From: Trichoplax adhaerens
Lineage: Eukaryota > Animalia > Placozoa
Assembly: GCF_000150275.1 (NCBI RefSeq)
Contig: NW_002060946.1
Coordinates: forward strand, 4,173,454-4,237,453
Length of the DNA stretch: 64,000 nt
Reading direction: 5' to 3'
Positions 42,345-60,800 of the stretch are shown here, piece after piece. How positions within the stretch are numbered: position 1 is the stretch's first letter; every line of letters begins with the position of its first letter. The notes under the pieces were generated by a model that was not told where the DNA came from, searched no databases, and saw nothing but the letters and a program-made list of their open reading frames with translations. The translations under genes and the position numbers were made by a program.

Positions 42345-43326
42345 AAAAATCAATTTATGTTACAAGCATTTTATCGAATTATCATAATGGAATGAAAATA
42401 TAGCTGTACATATAAAAATTTTTATTACCAATGTATTATTGTTAACCCGTTGTAGGTCACCTTTTTAAATTACTTTAATACAAGAACGATTTTATATTGT
42501 AAAGTTGACAGTCTTCGTCTTTTTACGTTTATTACAATATTCAATAGATTAGCCGCACTACATATTTCTCTTGCAATATTATCGCTCCTGTGCGCGCTTT
42601 AAAATAGGTAAAAGATCTTTTTAGGATAGAATTTATTACTGTGACTATCTTGGTAATTGTATGAATCGCTATTTGCGTTGTAAAGTTACATCAACGAAAT
42701 ATTATTTGAGTTATTGCTCGTAGAGATAACTGAATTTTATAGCTTAAATCAAAAATTATGTATCAGTCCTAACATTTTTATAGAATTATCTTATTGAGAG
42801 TAGTGAAGATCTAGAAATATATATATATATATATATAATACCATAGAGGACGGCATAGTGCATGCAATAGCATGGTCTACCTCCACCTTGAACAGTTTGA
42901 CTATAATCTACGAATATTCTACAGCCGTACTTTGTATACTTATATGGAAGCAAATGCAATTATTCTTTCTATAGTTTTATTATAAATTCATGTAATAATG
43001 CTTCATAAACAGTTTTTCTAAACTGTAATTATACCAAATGCAAGATTTACAGTAGATAAAATAAAGAAGCTACAGTAATATATATATATTTATATACACA
43101 TTTACATTGCTAACCTAATTAACGACTTTAATTTTATGACGCGCGTAAGTCGGGATTAAAATGAAAGAGAAAGGGAGAAAGTGTTCATTTTTAATTACAA
43201 TCTTGAATGTATCGACTCAGATCCGCTACGTAACTCATCAGTGTAAAGAGTCAACGCTATAATGAATATTAGTATGCATGAATGCCTGATGATACCATTA
43301 AGAGAATTCTCTTAGTAGCATCTACT

Positions 43327-45486
43327 TCATCTCTTTTCTTTACTTCGTTTATGTTTTCTCTTGCGTTCATCACAAGAACTACTAGATGCATACTTATGAT
43401 CTTTCTTATCACGATGTTGCTTACTACTACTGGATTTCTTCTTTTTACTTTTCTTTTTATGTTTGTGCGTTTTATGTTTTTTAGATCGGTGATGACCAGC
43501 GCCACTACTATCACTGGATGTAGAATCTTCCAGTAGTGATTTTAAAAATTCTACTCTGAAATGTTATGAATTATATATCGTTACTTATAGCTAATTTTGC
43601 TTACAATTATTTCTTAATACTGTATTGTAATCAAAATTTAGATTAGAAAGAAACTTTATCAGCATTTACCGAGCTTTACTAGCTGTACGCTTAGTATCCT
43701 TAACGAAATTATGCATGGGATCTTCGTGGCTCTAAATGTAGTGAAAATAGGACAATTAGCATAAAAAAAAGGTCCCGATGAAATATCTGTTTCTTGATTT
43801 AATTGAATAATTTCAATTAGAGATTGTTATTTTATACAGTTTCAACTGGTAACTTAGAAATTTGTGTGACTATATCTATCAATTTATTTGGTTAAACTAT
43901 ACATTATTATAAACTCCTTAGATATTAAAAATTAATTTTACCGCAAATGTACGTTCTCCCATAAGTTATTTACTGCTCACATAGTACATAATTATAATAG
44001 CGGATTTTTATCTATTGTTAAGTATAAGTAAAATAATATGCGAAACACTGATGGAGCATTACTATTCGAAATTCTTCTAATTTTCGATTGCCGCTGATAA
44101 AATAAGGGCATTCTTTATCGCCTGTTCGATGACCATATGCCTTGCATCTCCAACCTATATCAGTAGAGGAGGAAAGTCAATAGAGAAATTAACGTTATGA
44201 TATGTTGTACAGCATGATCATAAATAAAATTACACTATGACGTCGAGGTTAGTGTTCTGTCAGAGTTCAATTAAATAATAATGCCATACAAGATAATGCT
44301 ATGACAAAACATTACGCAGAAAATAACTCGTAAATATTAACTTGATATTGCATAATACTAAGTATATAATAAACTAACATTGCATAACTTTAACTTCTTT
44401 TCCTAACGGCATCCATAACCCTCTACTTGGTGCATTTGCAAGAAATTTTCTGGCATGCACATTTTCTGGTAGATCAGGTATGCAATCTTCAGGCTTTTCA
44501 TCGTCTTCCTTTAAGTCGATAAGCAAATTTTTAAGGGAATTTAATAAATTACCAATAACTCCTTTTAAGTTTTATTAAATCTATTAAGGCTAATAGTAAT
44601 CGATATCATCAAGTGGGAATTACAGTAGATGTCATTGCAACTTGCAAATCGTAGCTATTTCATAGTAACATATATACTGGCATTAAAGGTTATAATTTAT
44701 AAAAACATGTGATAATATTACGGCAGTTATACTTATTGTTATCATTTACTACTATGTTTAAGGGTAGATTGTTAAAAGGGGCATTACAGATTTGATGAAT
44801 GATTAAAAATGAAAGTGTTGTAGTACAGTATAATTGTATGAAACAGTTGTCACCTTAACCGTTTGTGGGGGAGCGTTCTCGTAGCTAAAAGCGATCAGTT
44901 AAGGTTATTTGGAGTGCGAAAATAATGAATATAAATGTATTTACTCCGTAAACACATTAACTGATAAAAAATTAATCGGAAAGAAATGCAAAGTCTTATC
45001 AAAGTTATCCTGCTACCCACATCGTACATAGCTAACTTCATTTACAGTATACATTATGTTATATTATTATTTATAATAATTATCGTAGCGAGACAGGATA
45101 AAGTATGTATATAGTATATGCAATCATACAGCTAAGGCAATGATGTAGAGTAAATGAATTATTACGATTATTACTAGACACTATCACTAGAGTATCTTAT
45201 GTTGTTGTTCATAAACAACGAGCAAGAGAGTTGCTGATCCAATTTTGACTCAGATATCGTTAAACTAGCAGCTAAATAATAGTCGTAATCTAACATAGCG
45301 TCATAGTGGACAGCGTATTGTTGATTTAGTTTGAAATGCAACTAAACATTAGCATTTTTATTTCCTATGTCTATTTCAGTTCATTTTCTGGTTTAATGTT
45401 CAAAATCTGAGCAGATACAACGTAGCTACGTGAGCAAGAACATCTTCAGGCTGAACATCGCCGAGCTTAGCACCTTCGGATTCCAT
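43327..45486 (-). CDS. RP9: RP9 / PAP-1 pre-mRNA splicing factor (zinc knuckle, K-rich tail), 6 exons, ~203 aa
   Basis: Exons: 45486-45419, 44884-44854, 44508-44379, 44154-44063, 43731-43670, 43555-43327. Translation includes KPEDCIPDLPENVHARKFLANAPSRGLWMPLGKEVKVMQCWRCKAYGHRTGDKECP, HEDPM, LLEDSTS. Confidence 0.95.
44885..45418 (-). other. Probable U12-type GT-AG intron (RP9 intron 1)
   Basis: 5' splice site GTATCTGC (partial U12 match); branch site aaCCTTAAC 13 nt from the AG. Confidence 0.65.
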
Positions 45487-45609
45487 CGAGATCCAATTCT
45501 TGCAGAGAACGCTCAACTACGAATGGACTAAGCAAAGGTATAATAGACCTGTCAGAGGTTGGCATACACTTACTGCGCAGCTGTGGTGGACAACCTATAG
45601 TCAGGTATG

Positions 45610-45860
45610 ATACCGTATACTCTACAGTACAGTGAGTTTGACTGTACAGATTACAGTACAGTACAGTACTGTACTGTACAGTATAACGGTATCAGCCCTT
45701 CAGTACTGTACACTGTACAGTACAGTACAGTGGCTGCTAAACTTTTTGATATCCGACCAACATCTGTCCGTAACAGAGTCAATATATTTTAAATCATGGC
45801 TATACAGTACTGTACACTATACCATGTATGACTGCCGCACAGTACTGTACAGTGTGCCCA
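45610..45860. promoter_or_regulatory. Bidirectional promoter RP9/NDUFS6 with a dense TACAG/CTGTA cluster
   Basis: Start codons are 464 bp apart, head-to-head; e.g. CAGTACAGTACAGTACTGTACTGTACAGTA at ~45654. Confidence 0.7.
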
Positions 45861-45949
45861 AATTCTTATTGCCTGGCTATACTAGGCGCCTTGATATCCA
45901 CCAAGCAGAACAACTTTTTCCTCTACTAGTGATCACTTGGTCATCCAGT

Positions 45950-48466
45950 ATGGCGTCGATAACAGCTTTGCGTCGGTTTGCCGGAACGGGATCATTATCC
46001 AATATATTTGCCAGAATTCAACCTATCGTAGCCAATTATTCAAAGCTAGTAGAAGTAGATAAAGAAGTCGTTACTCATACTGGTCAGGTAAGAAAATGAT
46101 GACTTACAGTATTTCGTAAGGAGACCATCTTAACTACTAACCTTGCGCTGCATTGTAAAACACATTAGGACACATTTGGCTTATACAAATTATTCCATCT
46201 TCTACGTAACACATTTTTTACTCATTCCAGCAAACAGTACATTGTCATTGCAAAAAAATTCATCCGATGGCTTATATTTACAAACTCATATAACAAATGA
46301 TAGCATCTAAATTGGACATTTTGTGAATTCTTTACCGTCTCTTTTTTCTTCTCCAATATCTTATCCCTGCAAAATAAACACATACGCGTAAACAATGCGT
46401 GCTTATTACAGTGCTGGACGTGCCCTGATGTGAACAGAAATTCAAAAATATATTGTACAATACTAGTAAAAAGAATCTACAATTGAATACGGTGCGAATG
46501 TGCTGGACTATACTACACTGTAGGGTTTATTCCAATTTTTGTTAACAACGTAACAGATTCAGAAGTCATACATGTTTCGCATTTGCCCGTATTGCGTATG
46601 CTTGGTCTGCTTCCCAATGTTAATTGGGGTAATCATCACTTGACAGCACAGCACGTAAGGCCTGAAGACCTCCATAATGTAGTTTATCAACTGTTCGCAT
46701 CTAATTTTCAGACTATACTAAATATGTATAGCATCATTGGCTATGCTACGGCAAACGGCCTTTTACCTGATGTACTCGTTAATTATATAATTGTCCACGG
46801 TTGAATGAAGCTATATTATAGATTTGCAATTCTTACATATACATGTACGTTCGTAATTTCGTTAACTCTTATTAATGCATCCATACAGTGTAGCTAGCAG
46901 CTTAGTAAATTTCCTGTAGCAATAATAGCTACAAACATACACAAGGTAACTAATCACTATGTGAGTACTGTACTGTCGCTGTACAGTTGTCTCCATATCG
47001 ACTATTTACTTATACAGTACATGGTATGGCCTCCATGAATCGCGCATTACAGCACACTACTTGATGACTGAAAATAAGAATCATGCATCAATTGATTAAC
47101 AAAACATGCTTTTCATACCTGTCGATATTTATACATTCGTATATTGTGCTGTACTGGATTTGTTTGAGTAGCAGTATGTGAATTTAGAATGCGTTCTTAT
47201 ACATAGCATCCGAATATATACCGTACTTGCATTATAGTACAAGACGTGGCATGTTGCACACGGTACCAGTTTACTCGGCGTTTGAATATCGTATACAGTA
47301 AAGTAGCTTTTAATTGATTGCTAGTAGTACGAACAATATGACCTATAAATTTACATTTTAGCCTAATTATACCTCTTTTGCACGCATACACAATTGCTCA
47401 CTATTAGCTGACAAGATTATTAACGAATTTAAAATACACTAAAATGTCTAAAATGACTGACAGAAATCTTTTTTATGAACAGGTATTTGACAAGAATGAC
47501 CGAAGACGAGCTAGGTTTATCGATCGTGAAAAGGAGGCGAGTAATCACCAAGTTCTAAACCTTGTCACTGCGATATTAAAAGAGTTCAATTTTTAGATTA
47601 AAAAATATCATTGCTATCGATTTTGCCGCTTTATGATATAATTATCATCGACTTATTTGCGTGAGATTCACATAGTATAAGTAATTGTATAATAAGTGCT
47701 GTACTTCGTATAGCACTTTCGAGGTTACGCAACCAAGTTATGAAAAATTCCAACGTTTAGATCAAATATTTCAATGTTCTGTTTTTTTGAAATGGCATTA
47801 AATGAAGATAGCACGAGCAGCATATCATCGCTATCTAAATAACACTTATATAATGACAGTAAATATACTTAATAATAGTCATAGAAATACTACCCGAATA
47901 AGTATGCTACTACAAAATCTACTGTACATTAATTCCAAGATTCGTACTCAGTATATGTTAATCACCGTACGCCTTTATCTACTGTAGTGAAAACTGGCAC
48001 ATGTAACTTTTTGCTTGACTTTAGGATATTAAAATTATACATTTATGTTCTGCAAATCTCTCACAGGTGAACGAAAGGTTTGCTATTGATCTAATAAATG
48101 AAGTTCCACCTATTAAGGTAAAAGGAAGACATGTCTGGTGTGACGGAGGTAAGGATTTCAAGTTCTACATTTTTAGACTGGTCTTAAATTATGATTAAAT
48201 GTCTTAGTAATATATATAACTAGAAATTAATCAATGATTACGTCGTTTTAACATCTCAGTCATATTGTATACGCTCATTTAGGAAACTCTGCTCTTGGTC
48301 ACCCTAAGGTTTATATCAATTTGGTACGTTAAGAAGAGTATATGATTAGTGCTCAGCACCTGTCCACTAGGATTACCGTTAAATTATAGTAATTTTTATT
48401 TCATAGGATTCACCTGGTCCACAAATTTGTGCTTACTGTGGCTTGAGATATATCAGAGAGGATTAA
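45950..48466 (+). CDS. NDUFS6: NADH:ubiquinone oxidoreductase subunit S6 (zinc finger), 5 exons, 124 aa
   Basis: Exons: 45950-46087, 47483-47536, 48067-48148, 48283-48323, 48407-48466. Mitochondrial-type presequence, VTHTGQ, RARFIDREKEVNERFAIDLI, CDGG..ALGHPKVYINL, CAYCGLRY. Confidence 0.96.
47537..48066 (+). other. GC-AG intron (NDUFS6 intron 2)
   Basis: AAGGAG|GCGAGT donor is required for the in-frame KE|VNE join; the GT 4 nt downstream frameshifts. Confidence 0.85.
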
Positions 48467-49574
48467 GAGAGAACTCTAGAAGCTTTCAAATAGTTATGAT
48501 GATATATAAAATTTGTATTTATGCTATGCACTTAATCGATCTGAATTTTATAAATGGTACAATAATTAAAGGTTAGCTTTCGTTATATCCCAAGGCTAAC
48601 TACTGTAGTTATAAATGTAACCTTGTATAAAAATGCAGATCTGCCGCAGTGATGCTTTTTTTTTATAAACCTACGCGAGGTATTAAAGTACTCTGTGACG
48701 ACATTATATCATTGTATTTGAATCAGATGTTAATCTGCGTTATGGCAATCTTATGAGTCAACAATTTATTATCGAATAATGTTTGAGTATTCTACATCGT
48801 CCAACAGCATATGAAGTCTATCGATGTTGGTTCACTTAATGTCTACCTGTGATACTGCATGAACGTAGCTTGCTACTGATAATATTTACTGTCGTTAGAT
48901 GACAGATAGGGATTACTTACTATCTAATTACACCTTTCAATGAGTATCCAATTTTAAGATTTATACTGGTGTTACCGTATATTATCATCAAAATGATTTC
49001 ATGTGTGGGCAGTTGGCAAAAGGCGGAAGGTTGTAAACTAGAAAATATATTCATAGGCGTTGACACCTGTACTGAAGTCCTTCAAATAAAGGACTTCTCG
49101 ACTAAAGACTACCGTAGCACTAAAGTGTTAGTTCATCCGTTCCAGTCAGTTTGAAATGCTGCCATTGCTGCATGCTCGTTGCCATAGAAGCACCCTGTAT
49201 CAGGCTGTATGGTTGTCAACAGATTACTTATTTGTAAGTTGCGGCAAATCAGTAGCCAAGCGATAGATATCCCTAATTTAGTCATGTTGTTTGTCTTTAG
49301 TGTACAGTATATCACGTTCCTGCAGAGCTACAGTAGTAAACACACAGCATAAGCTCTTCGAAGTATATATACAGTATATAGTATATATAAACTTAATAAC
49401 TGACTTTCGGATATCCTGAGGGCTACATTAATAAGATAGGGGGAGCTGCGCTGCCATGTCACTGTTAGGGGTCTGGTAGTGGTAGGGCATTGACCTGTTG
49501 TTTGTACAGTAGACTGTAATCAAGTTCAGTTTTGGAACTGACTAGTGGACTTGACCTCGGACTACGAGAACAAA

Positions 49575-49990
49575 TCCTGCAGTACTGCACTGTACTAAAC
49601 TACCGTTCTTTTTAGTACTGTAGTGTGTATTGCATCAAAGTCAAGTGGCACTCTGACTGAGATACACCTCTGTACGCCTCTATCTCCTAGTACTGTAGTC
49701 TACTACTGCAGTACTGTATGAGAGCAAGAGGGAGTTTTCTGTCCTACCGTCCGGTGCCTCATGCGTACAGTGTACAGTGCGTCCCGGAGTGCAGACTGTA
49801 GAGTACAGTACTAGGTATGGTAGGCTTTCTCCTGCAGTACAGTATTTTTAGTTCCTTTCCTCACCTTCTTTTCGCTAAAAGTACTGTACTGTACAGTACA
49901 GCATAAAACGGTAGGGCAATAAGTACTGTACGTACTGTACGTTGCATCATACTGTACTGTACGAGCGTACCTTGCGTCACATACTGTACA
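49575..49990. promoter_or_regulatory. PRPF4B promoter region with a TACAG/CTGTA cluster
   Basis: Many AGTACTGTA/GTACAGTA copies directly upstream of ATG 50047; a second cluster lies at 50730-50880 in intron 1. Confidence 0.55.
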
Positions 49991-50046
49991 TTCATCACAA
50001 CGAAGGAAACACTTTTTGACCGTTGGGATTCAACTAAAGATCAGTC

Positions 50047-54712
<4,666 letters not shown>

Positions 54713-57700
54713 ACTTGTTATGCAATTATCATGCATGAGGTTCTTTAAATATGTAGTTAAAAAATTTGCATGATCTGACACTAGAATTTAAGAGACGTTT
54801 GGTAATGTAAATATTGGAATCGTTCCATGGTTGCAAACGACCTAATAACTATGTTGTATTATTATCACACCCTTTCTAAGTTGCGTGTATAGGACTCTAG
54901 CAAACTTTAAGTATCATTGGATCTGCTGACTGTAGAATATGGATAGCGTGAAAAGGCTATATTCGCACGATAACCGGCCACTCGTATAGTCTGTAACTTG
55001 TTATTCTAGTCTATAGGTTTGTACGAATCTTGCGGCTAAAAATTATAGAAGTTCTGTCAGTGTCTTATTGACTTTCGGAATGATAAAACTGACAGCAGTT
55101 TTTTTGCATCTTCTTGGATCATAAGTTACATTTACTGCTATTTACAAACATTATTTCATCTCTGTAATGGTGTATAATATACTAGTATTTATTGAATGAT
55201 AAATGCCAGGTCATTCTGCGAAAACCAAATAGAGCATGTGCGATAAGGATATAAACAAAATGCTTGCAGTTATGGATTTCATACTTCTCATACATAAAAG
55301 AACATATCCGAAAATGTTAGAGTGTACACGTACGTAAACTAAAGTGGAGGAATTATTTCATCTACCTCTATTTACCGTTTTGTGATATCTTTGACTCTAA
55401 TGAGGTTTTCTACAATTTTTGCAAGAAAACTGATTCTAACATCTGACGATTGTCATGAAGGTATTGTAAAGGATATAAAAAAATTAATAATTTTATATTA
55501 TTGCTAAATCTACACACATGTTTAATACTACTATATTGTAAAATGTTGGTAGTTCGGATTTGTTAATTACGTGTATTAACTTTAAACTATCAGTAAGATA
55601 AATCTTCTATCCTCAATAATGACTTTCCTTGCAACGCTTTAATCAAACCTTTCGAACGTACTTAAATTCGTAATCAAGTCGCTTCACTAGCCTTAAAGCA
55701 GTTACGCTCGATTACTAGTAACGTTTTGTGACTGTATTATTCTTAATCGTAGCCTATCATGCTAAAAACAGTATGTTTACTTGCAATAGTGGAATTCATC
55801 CGCATATAATTTCTTTTAGACAGGTAATTGCGTAAACAGGTACGACTTTGGTTATTGAAAGACTATACCTCCCAATATTATTCCTCGTTTGACGTACAAT
55901 ATCAATGTATTCACTATGATTCTATGCTAGTGTATAATTGGCGTATAAGCGACAATACTGTGTAGGTTAACCTGTAAGTATAGCTATCTTATTGCATTAT
56001 GCCTTTCATGTAAGCCAAGTTGGCTTTTGGATACTTTTTAAAGATTGCAACTACGATAAACATCCAAGTTTAGAACTGAGCAATCTAGCAATACAATGTT
56101 CGTTTTATATCGCTGAAATGGAACCTCATTACATATTACCATGTTATTGACATGTCATAAAACTGTCTCAGAATATTATTTCTGTACAATTCCGTCATTT
56201 GTGACTTTGTAATAAAATAAAATTCATCGAATAATATCAAGTCTATTGTCAATCTGCTTTATGAGAAAGTAAATATCTTTGTTGGCATTTTGCAAAAAGC
56301 AAATTTTGGAATACTACAATATCACTGTGTATGTTCATTTTGAAGTTCGGAATTTATAAAGTTTATTTTAATCTTTATGCACGTAGTGTGGCATCTGACA
56401 TTACCGCACACAGAGTATAGCAGTAACTTTATAAACTTACACTCATGCTTCTTATTAGGTAACGCAAGGCATTACATGCAGCGCTTGCCACTGTAAAGTG
56501 ATGGCAGATATACGCGTATTTTGAGATGTGGAATAACTTCACGGTGGTTCTAACCGATGCCTTCCAAATTAGTATCTAACGATACGAACGATTGACGTTT
56601 GGTATACAAAATTCGCAAAATATAGTTACATCATTACAGTATTTCATCAAATAACGTCATGTATAATAATATTTTGGCATTAGAAATTCTGCAGATCCAA
56701 TGTTTCTGTACCGTAAGTAGCTATAAAATTCAGTATAGCCTTTCATAAATAGTCAAATACTCGTTGTGTTGTAAATGTAATGAATATTTAAACGGCACAT
56801 ACGAGTCATATAATCACTCCTACTACGCTTATATGAACGATATTCGCTGTACTGTACAATTCCGGAGAAAACCACGACAACGTACTATATATTCTACGAC
56901 AGACAACTGCAGCTGGTAAACGTCAACTGTATGGATATTCTCTGTAAATCAATAGACTAGAGACTATACGTATACGTTATGTCGTAGTAGCAATTTATTC
57001 GAGATTTATCTAAATAATTAGGTACTATTAACACTATAAATCCTCTCAATCTAAGAGAACGCCATTCTAGAGGAACTATATGTGATCTAATCACCCTGCT
57101 GCCTCAAAGATCGCAATATCAATTTAGTACAGTATTAAGTACACCCGCGCAATCTTGAATATCATTTGGATGTGCAAATAACTGAATTAAAATATCTAAG
57201 AGAAGTGATCTATTGCTTAGCACGTACTAGATTCTTTCGTATAAGGGGTACTGTTAGTATATTGCTGCGGATCTTTCTACGGAAAAGAGCCCTGTAAACC
57301 TGTATTATGAGTAATTAGGCGCTGAAATAAATTTGCATTGCAAATAATCCAATCAATAATTCATACGTAGCAAGATGATCACGTGCGTAGTTGTAACCAT
57401 AGAGACAGTGAGGTAAGAAGAAAGCTGATTAAAATGAAGAGTAAAGTCTTTTCTACTCCCGAACTAATTAATTGTAAAACAATTTAAAGGCGTAGCGAAT
57501 TGAGTGAAAGATTTCTTGGTTATATTAGTAAAAAGTCAACCTTAATGGATGAAAAGTATTGTTTCCAGACTTATCAGTATGATACAGTGACTGTAGAAGT
57601 ACGCCTGTCGAGCTGTAATATGGCCTAGTCAATATGTTAATTAAGGAAGTACTTAATTATTAGAATCTATTATGCGAGTTATATATTGTATGGGCTATAG

Positions 57701-57839
57701 AATATTATAAAGTCACTCTTGAATAGCGATTTAATCAGTGTCGCGAACGTTATTGACAATTATAAATACTATATTCTCTTAGCGTGTAAAGCATAAAGTA
57801 ATCCCATTCTGTATTTCGAAGACGACGGATTGATCCATC

Positions 57840-60800
57840 ATGGAGCAAGTGTCTGCCAATCAAGTACTTTTCAGACAGTTGATCAAACGTAGCAAAGATC
57901 TCGGCATTAGTGATGATGAATTTGCTAAAATGTCGGCTGTCAAGAAATATAATAAAAAAGTGGACATTTTTAACTTTCTTATCGTGTTAAGCGTTTTGGC
58001 TGCTTTAGGTGCCGCCGGAATACTTGCTGGCGTCTCATATCAAGTTTTGCCCAAACGTTTGGAAGGACTGTTTTTTAAATATTATTTCAACACTACAGAT
58101 CCAACTGAAATAGGCTGTTTATTGGAGAATACTGAAACTACGCAAGATGTCTTTAGGCCACCTGTAGATTGTAGCATGTGCCGTGGTATTACCGAAATCG
58201 TCCGTGTTTCTAATTTAACCAAAAAAGAGTTTGAAGAAAAATATGCTTATAGCGGGCAAGCAGTGGTTGTAACTGACGGCACCGCTAACTGGACTGCCCC
58301 TGAAGTATTTAGTTTCGCTTACTTTAAGAAACTTTATGCTCCTAAAAGTGTAGCATTGCGAAGTGCAGAAAGAGACTGTCAATTTTTCCCCTATAAAACT
58401 AATTTTACATCTTTGGGCCAAGTCTTTCGAATGCCTAAAGCGCGTGCCAATTTAAAGACTGGTAAACCGTGGTATATCGGCTGGTAAGTAAATTTAGACA
58501 AGACAGAACCTACGTGACCAGCACTTTGATCGCAAAACAATATGACACGTACATTTGTATCAATTAACAAAGAAAACGTTCGCGTCAGTATAAGTTTGGT
58601 TAAGCAGGAAATTACATTTTAGTAAATTTTTTAGAGTTTTTATAAAGTAAAAAGCAATAATTTATAATTAAAAATCCTTACCTAGATATCTTTATTCAAT
58701 TTATTTACATTTCGGAGTTATGTGAAACGAATGGAAGTAAATAATATTCTTACTTCTAAATGAAATAATAATGGTACACCCATTTGCATATTTTTTTCTA
58801 CCTAATTTTCAATACAGTGAAAGCTTCATCGATCCAAATGCGGAAGCTCTTAAAAGCTGTAGCCCAAATTAAAACGTCTACCTATTATGAATTTTAGATA
58901 TTTTGCACGTTACTTTATCGGCAAGATGTCAAAAAGTAAGAAAAAGCGATTTCAAATAGACCTTGTCCAACCTTTTCATTGCCGTCTATTGTTCCTTTCA
59001 TCACCGTAATATAAATATATTATTAGAAAGAATCTACGAGAACTTTTTTGAAAGTTAGTTCAGCTTGTCGTTACTTCTAGGAAGTTATCGGACTATTAAA
59101 TTCCAGTATGGTTTAATCCATCACCGACCAATGGAAAACTTAGATTCTATTATGACATTTTGTATGATTTTCTCTCATTACATTAACCGAAATGAATAAA
59201 CTGCTTGGCCATGATACAAAGTCTTTAACCTCCCAAATTTTCAATTGATTCCTTTACCGTATTCACTAAACGCAGGTATGACAGTTTGTTATGCCGACAG
59301 AATCGAAACAAATCTGCGGAGAAGTATCTCGTGAATAGTTACTTCTTTAGCCTTAATCCTATTATTATGAATTCTAGAGTTTGCAACCCGTCAGAACTTT
59401 GTAACTAACATGTATTATAAATATGTATAACGTAACAAAAATTTACCAGAGTTAAAGTGGGCATACCGTGGTAGCCGACCATGGCCAATAAAAATAGCAG
59501 GCGTTACTATCTTGATTATCTTCATCTGGGGACCTTCCTTTTGCTGCTGTGCGGTACCTTCGTTGCTACCTAGATGTCTTAAGATTCGACGTTTTAATTA
59601 AACAGCCATGTCGTTATTAATAAGAAATTGATAGAAATCTCGATTCCAATAGATAATATTAATCAAATAATATAATAAATTGGGATAGAAACAATTTACG
59701 GTGCTCACCTGCTTCTCTTATATATTTATGTGTTAATGATAAATTGATAGAAATTCTCAATGATGCCAATAGATGATATTTAACAAATAAGATAAACTGG
59801 TAAAGAAACAACTTATGTCGCTCACTCGTTTCTCTCATGCATTTATGCACTTGTTAGGAGTAACTGCGATGCAGAAGCCGCTAACGTTCTAAGAAGCCAT
59901 TACAATAGGCCTTATTTCCTACCGGAAAGATCAGAATCAAGCAGAATCGATTGGATTTTCATGGGCAGTCCTGGATATGGTGCTCATATGCACGTAAGCA
60001 ATACTGTTCTTCTTTAAAGGTTCTTAAAGTTAATTTAATCACTACTGTATGTATTTCTACTAAGAATTTTTTATCGCTGATGATAAATCTATAATATAAT
60101 GTATGCAATCTTCTTTCATTGATGATTCACCTTATACAGCCTATGATATCCGTACATCTATCTCTTCACTTATATTTTCTTAATTCCATTTGCTCCGATA
60201 GTCTTTATTTCTTTTAAAAGTTGATAAAAAATATTCACATATTTCCTCCAGTATGCCAAACTTTGAAGTTGCTTTCAATATGTATCATTAGTCACATTTG
60301 TAATATAAAATATCGCATTTATAGCTAATATTCTTACAATATTAAACTTATTCTTGAAATGATAGAGGTAATTAGATATTGGCGCATGCTTTATCTAATA
60401 CTATAGTTTACTTCTATTAAAATAAATCAATTGATAATCCGATAGTAATGACATTATATTATGTAAACTTTTCGTCTATTTTACATTGAATGACAATTTT
60501 TATATGATTGAATTGAATATTTAATCAGATCGACAACGTTCATTTTCCTTCATGGCAAGCTCAATTGAGAGGACAGAAAAAATGGATCCTAGAGCCACCT
60601 CTAGAATGTGCTGATGTTTGTGTTAATCAAATATCTGTTATTGTCAACACTGGTGATATAAGTAAGTTTATATAATAATTTCAGTAGTACCTACTGAATT
60701 AAAAATAGCCTAACTGTAATCATAGGTTATGCCAACCCTTGCTTCATTTCATAATTTTTTTTATTTTGTATTTCTGAATTACATTCATAATGTGGTACCC

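Noticed and set aside
43269-43536. ORFs 43269-43514 (-) and 43282-43536 (+)
   Set aside because: Wrong-frame and antisense readings of the RP9 last exon.
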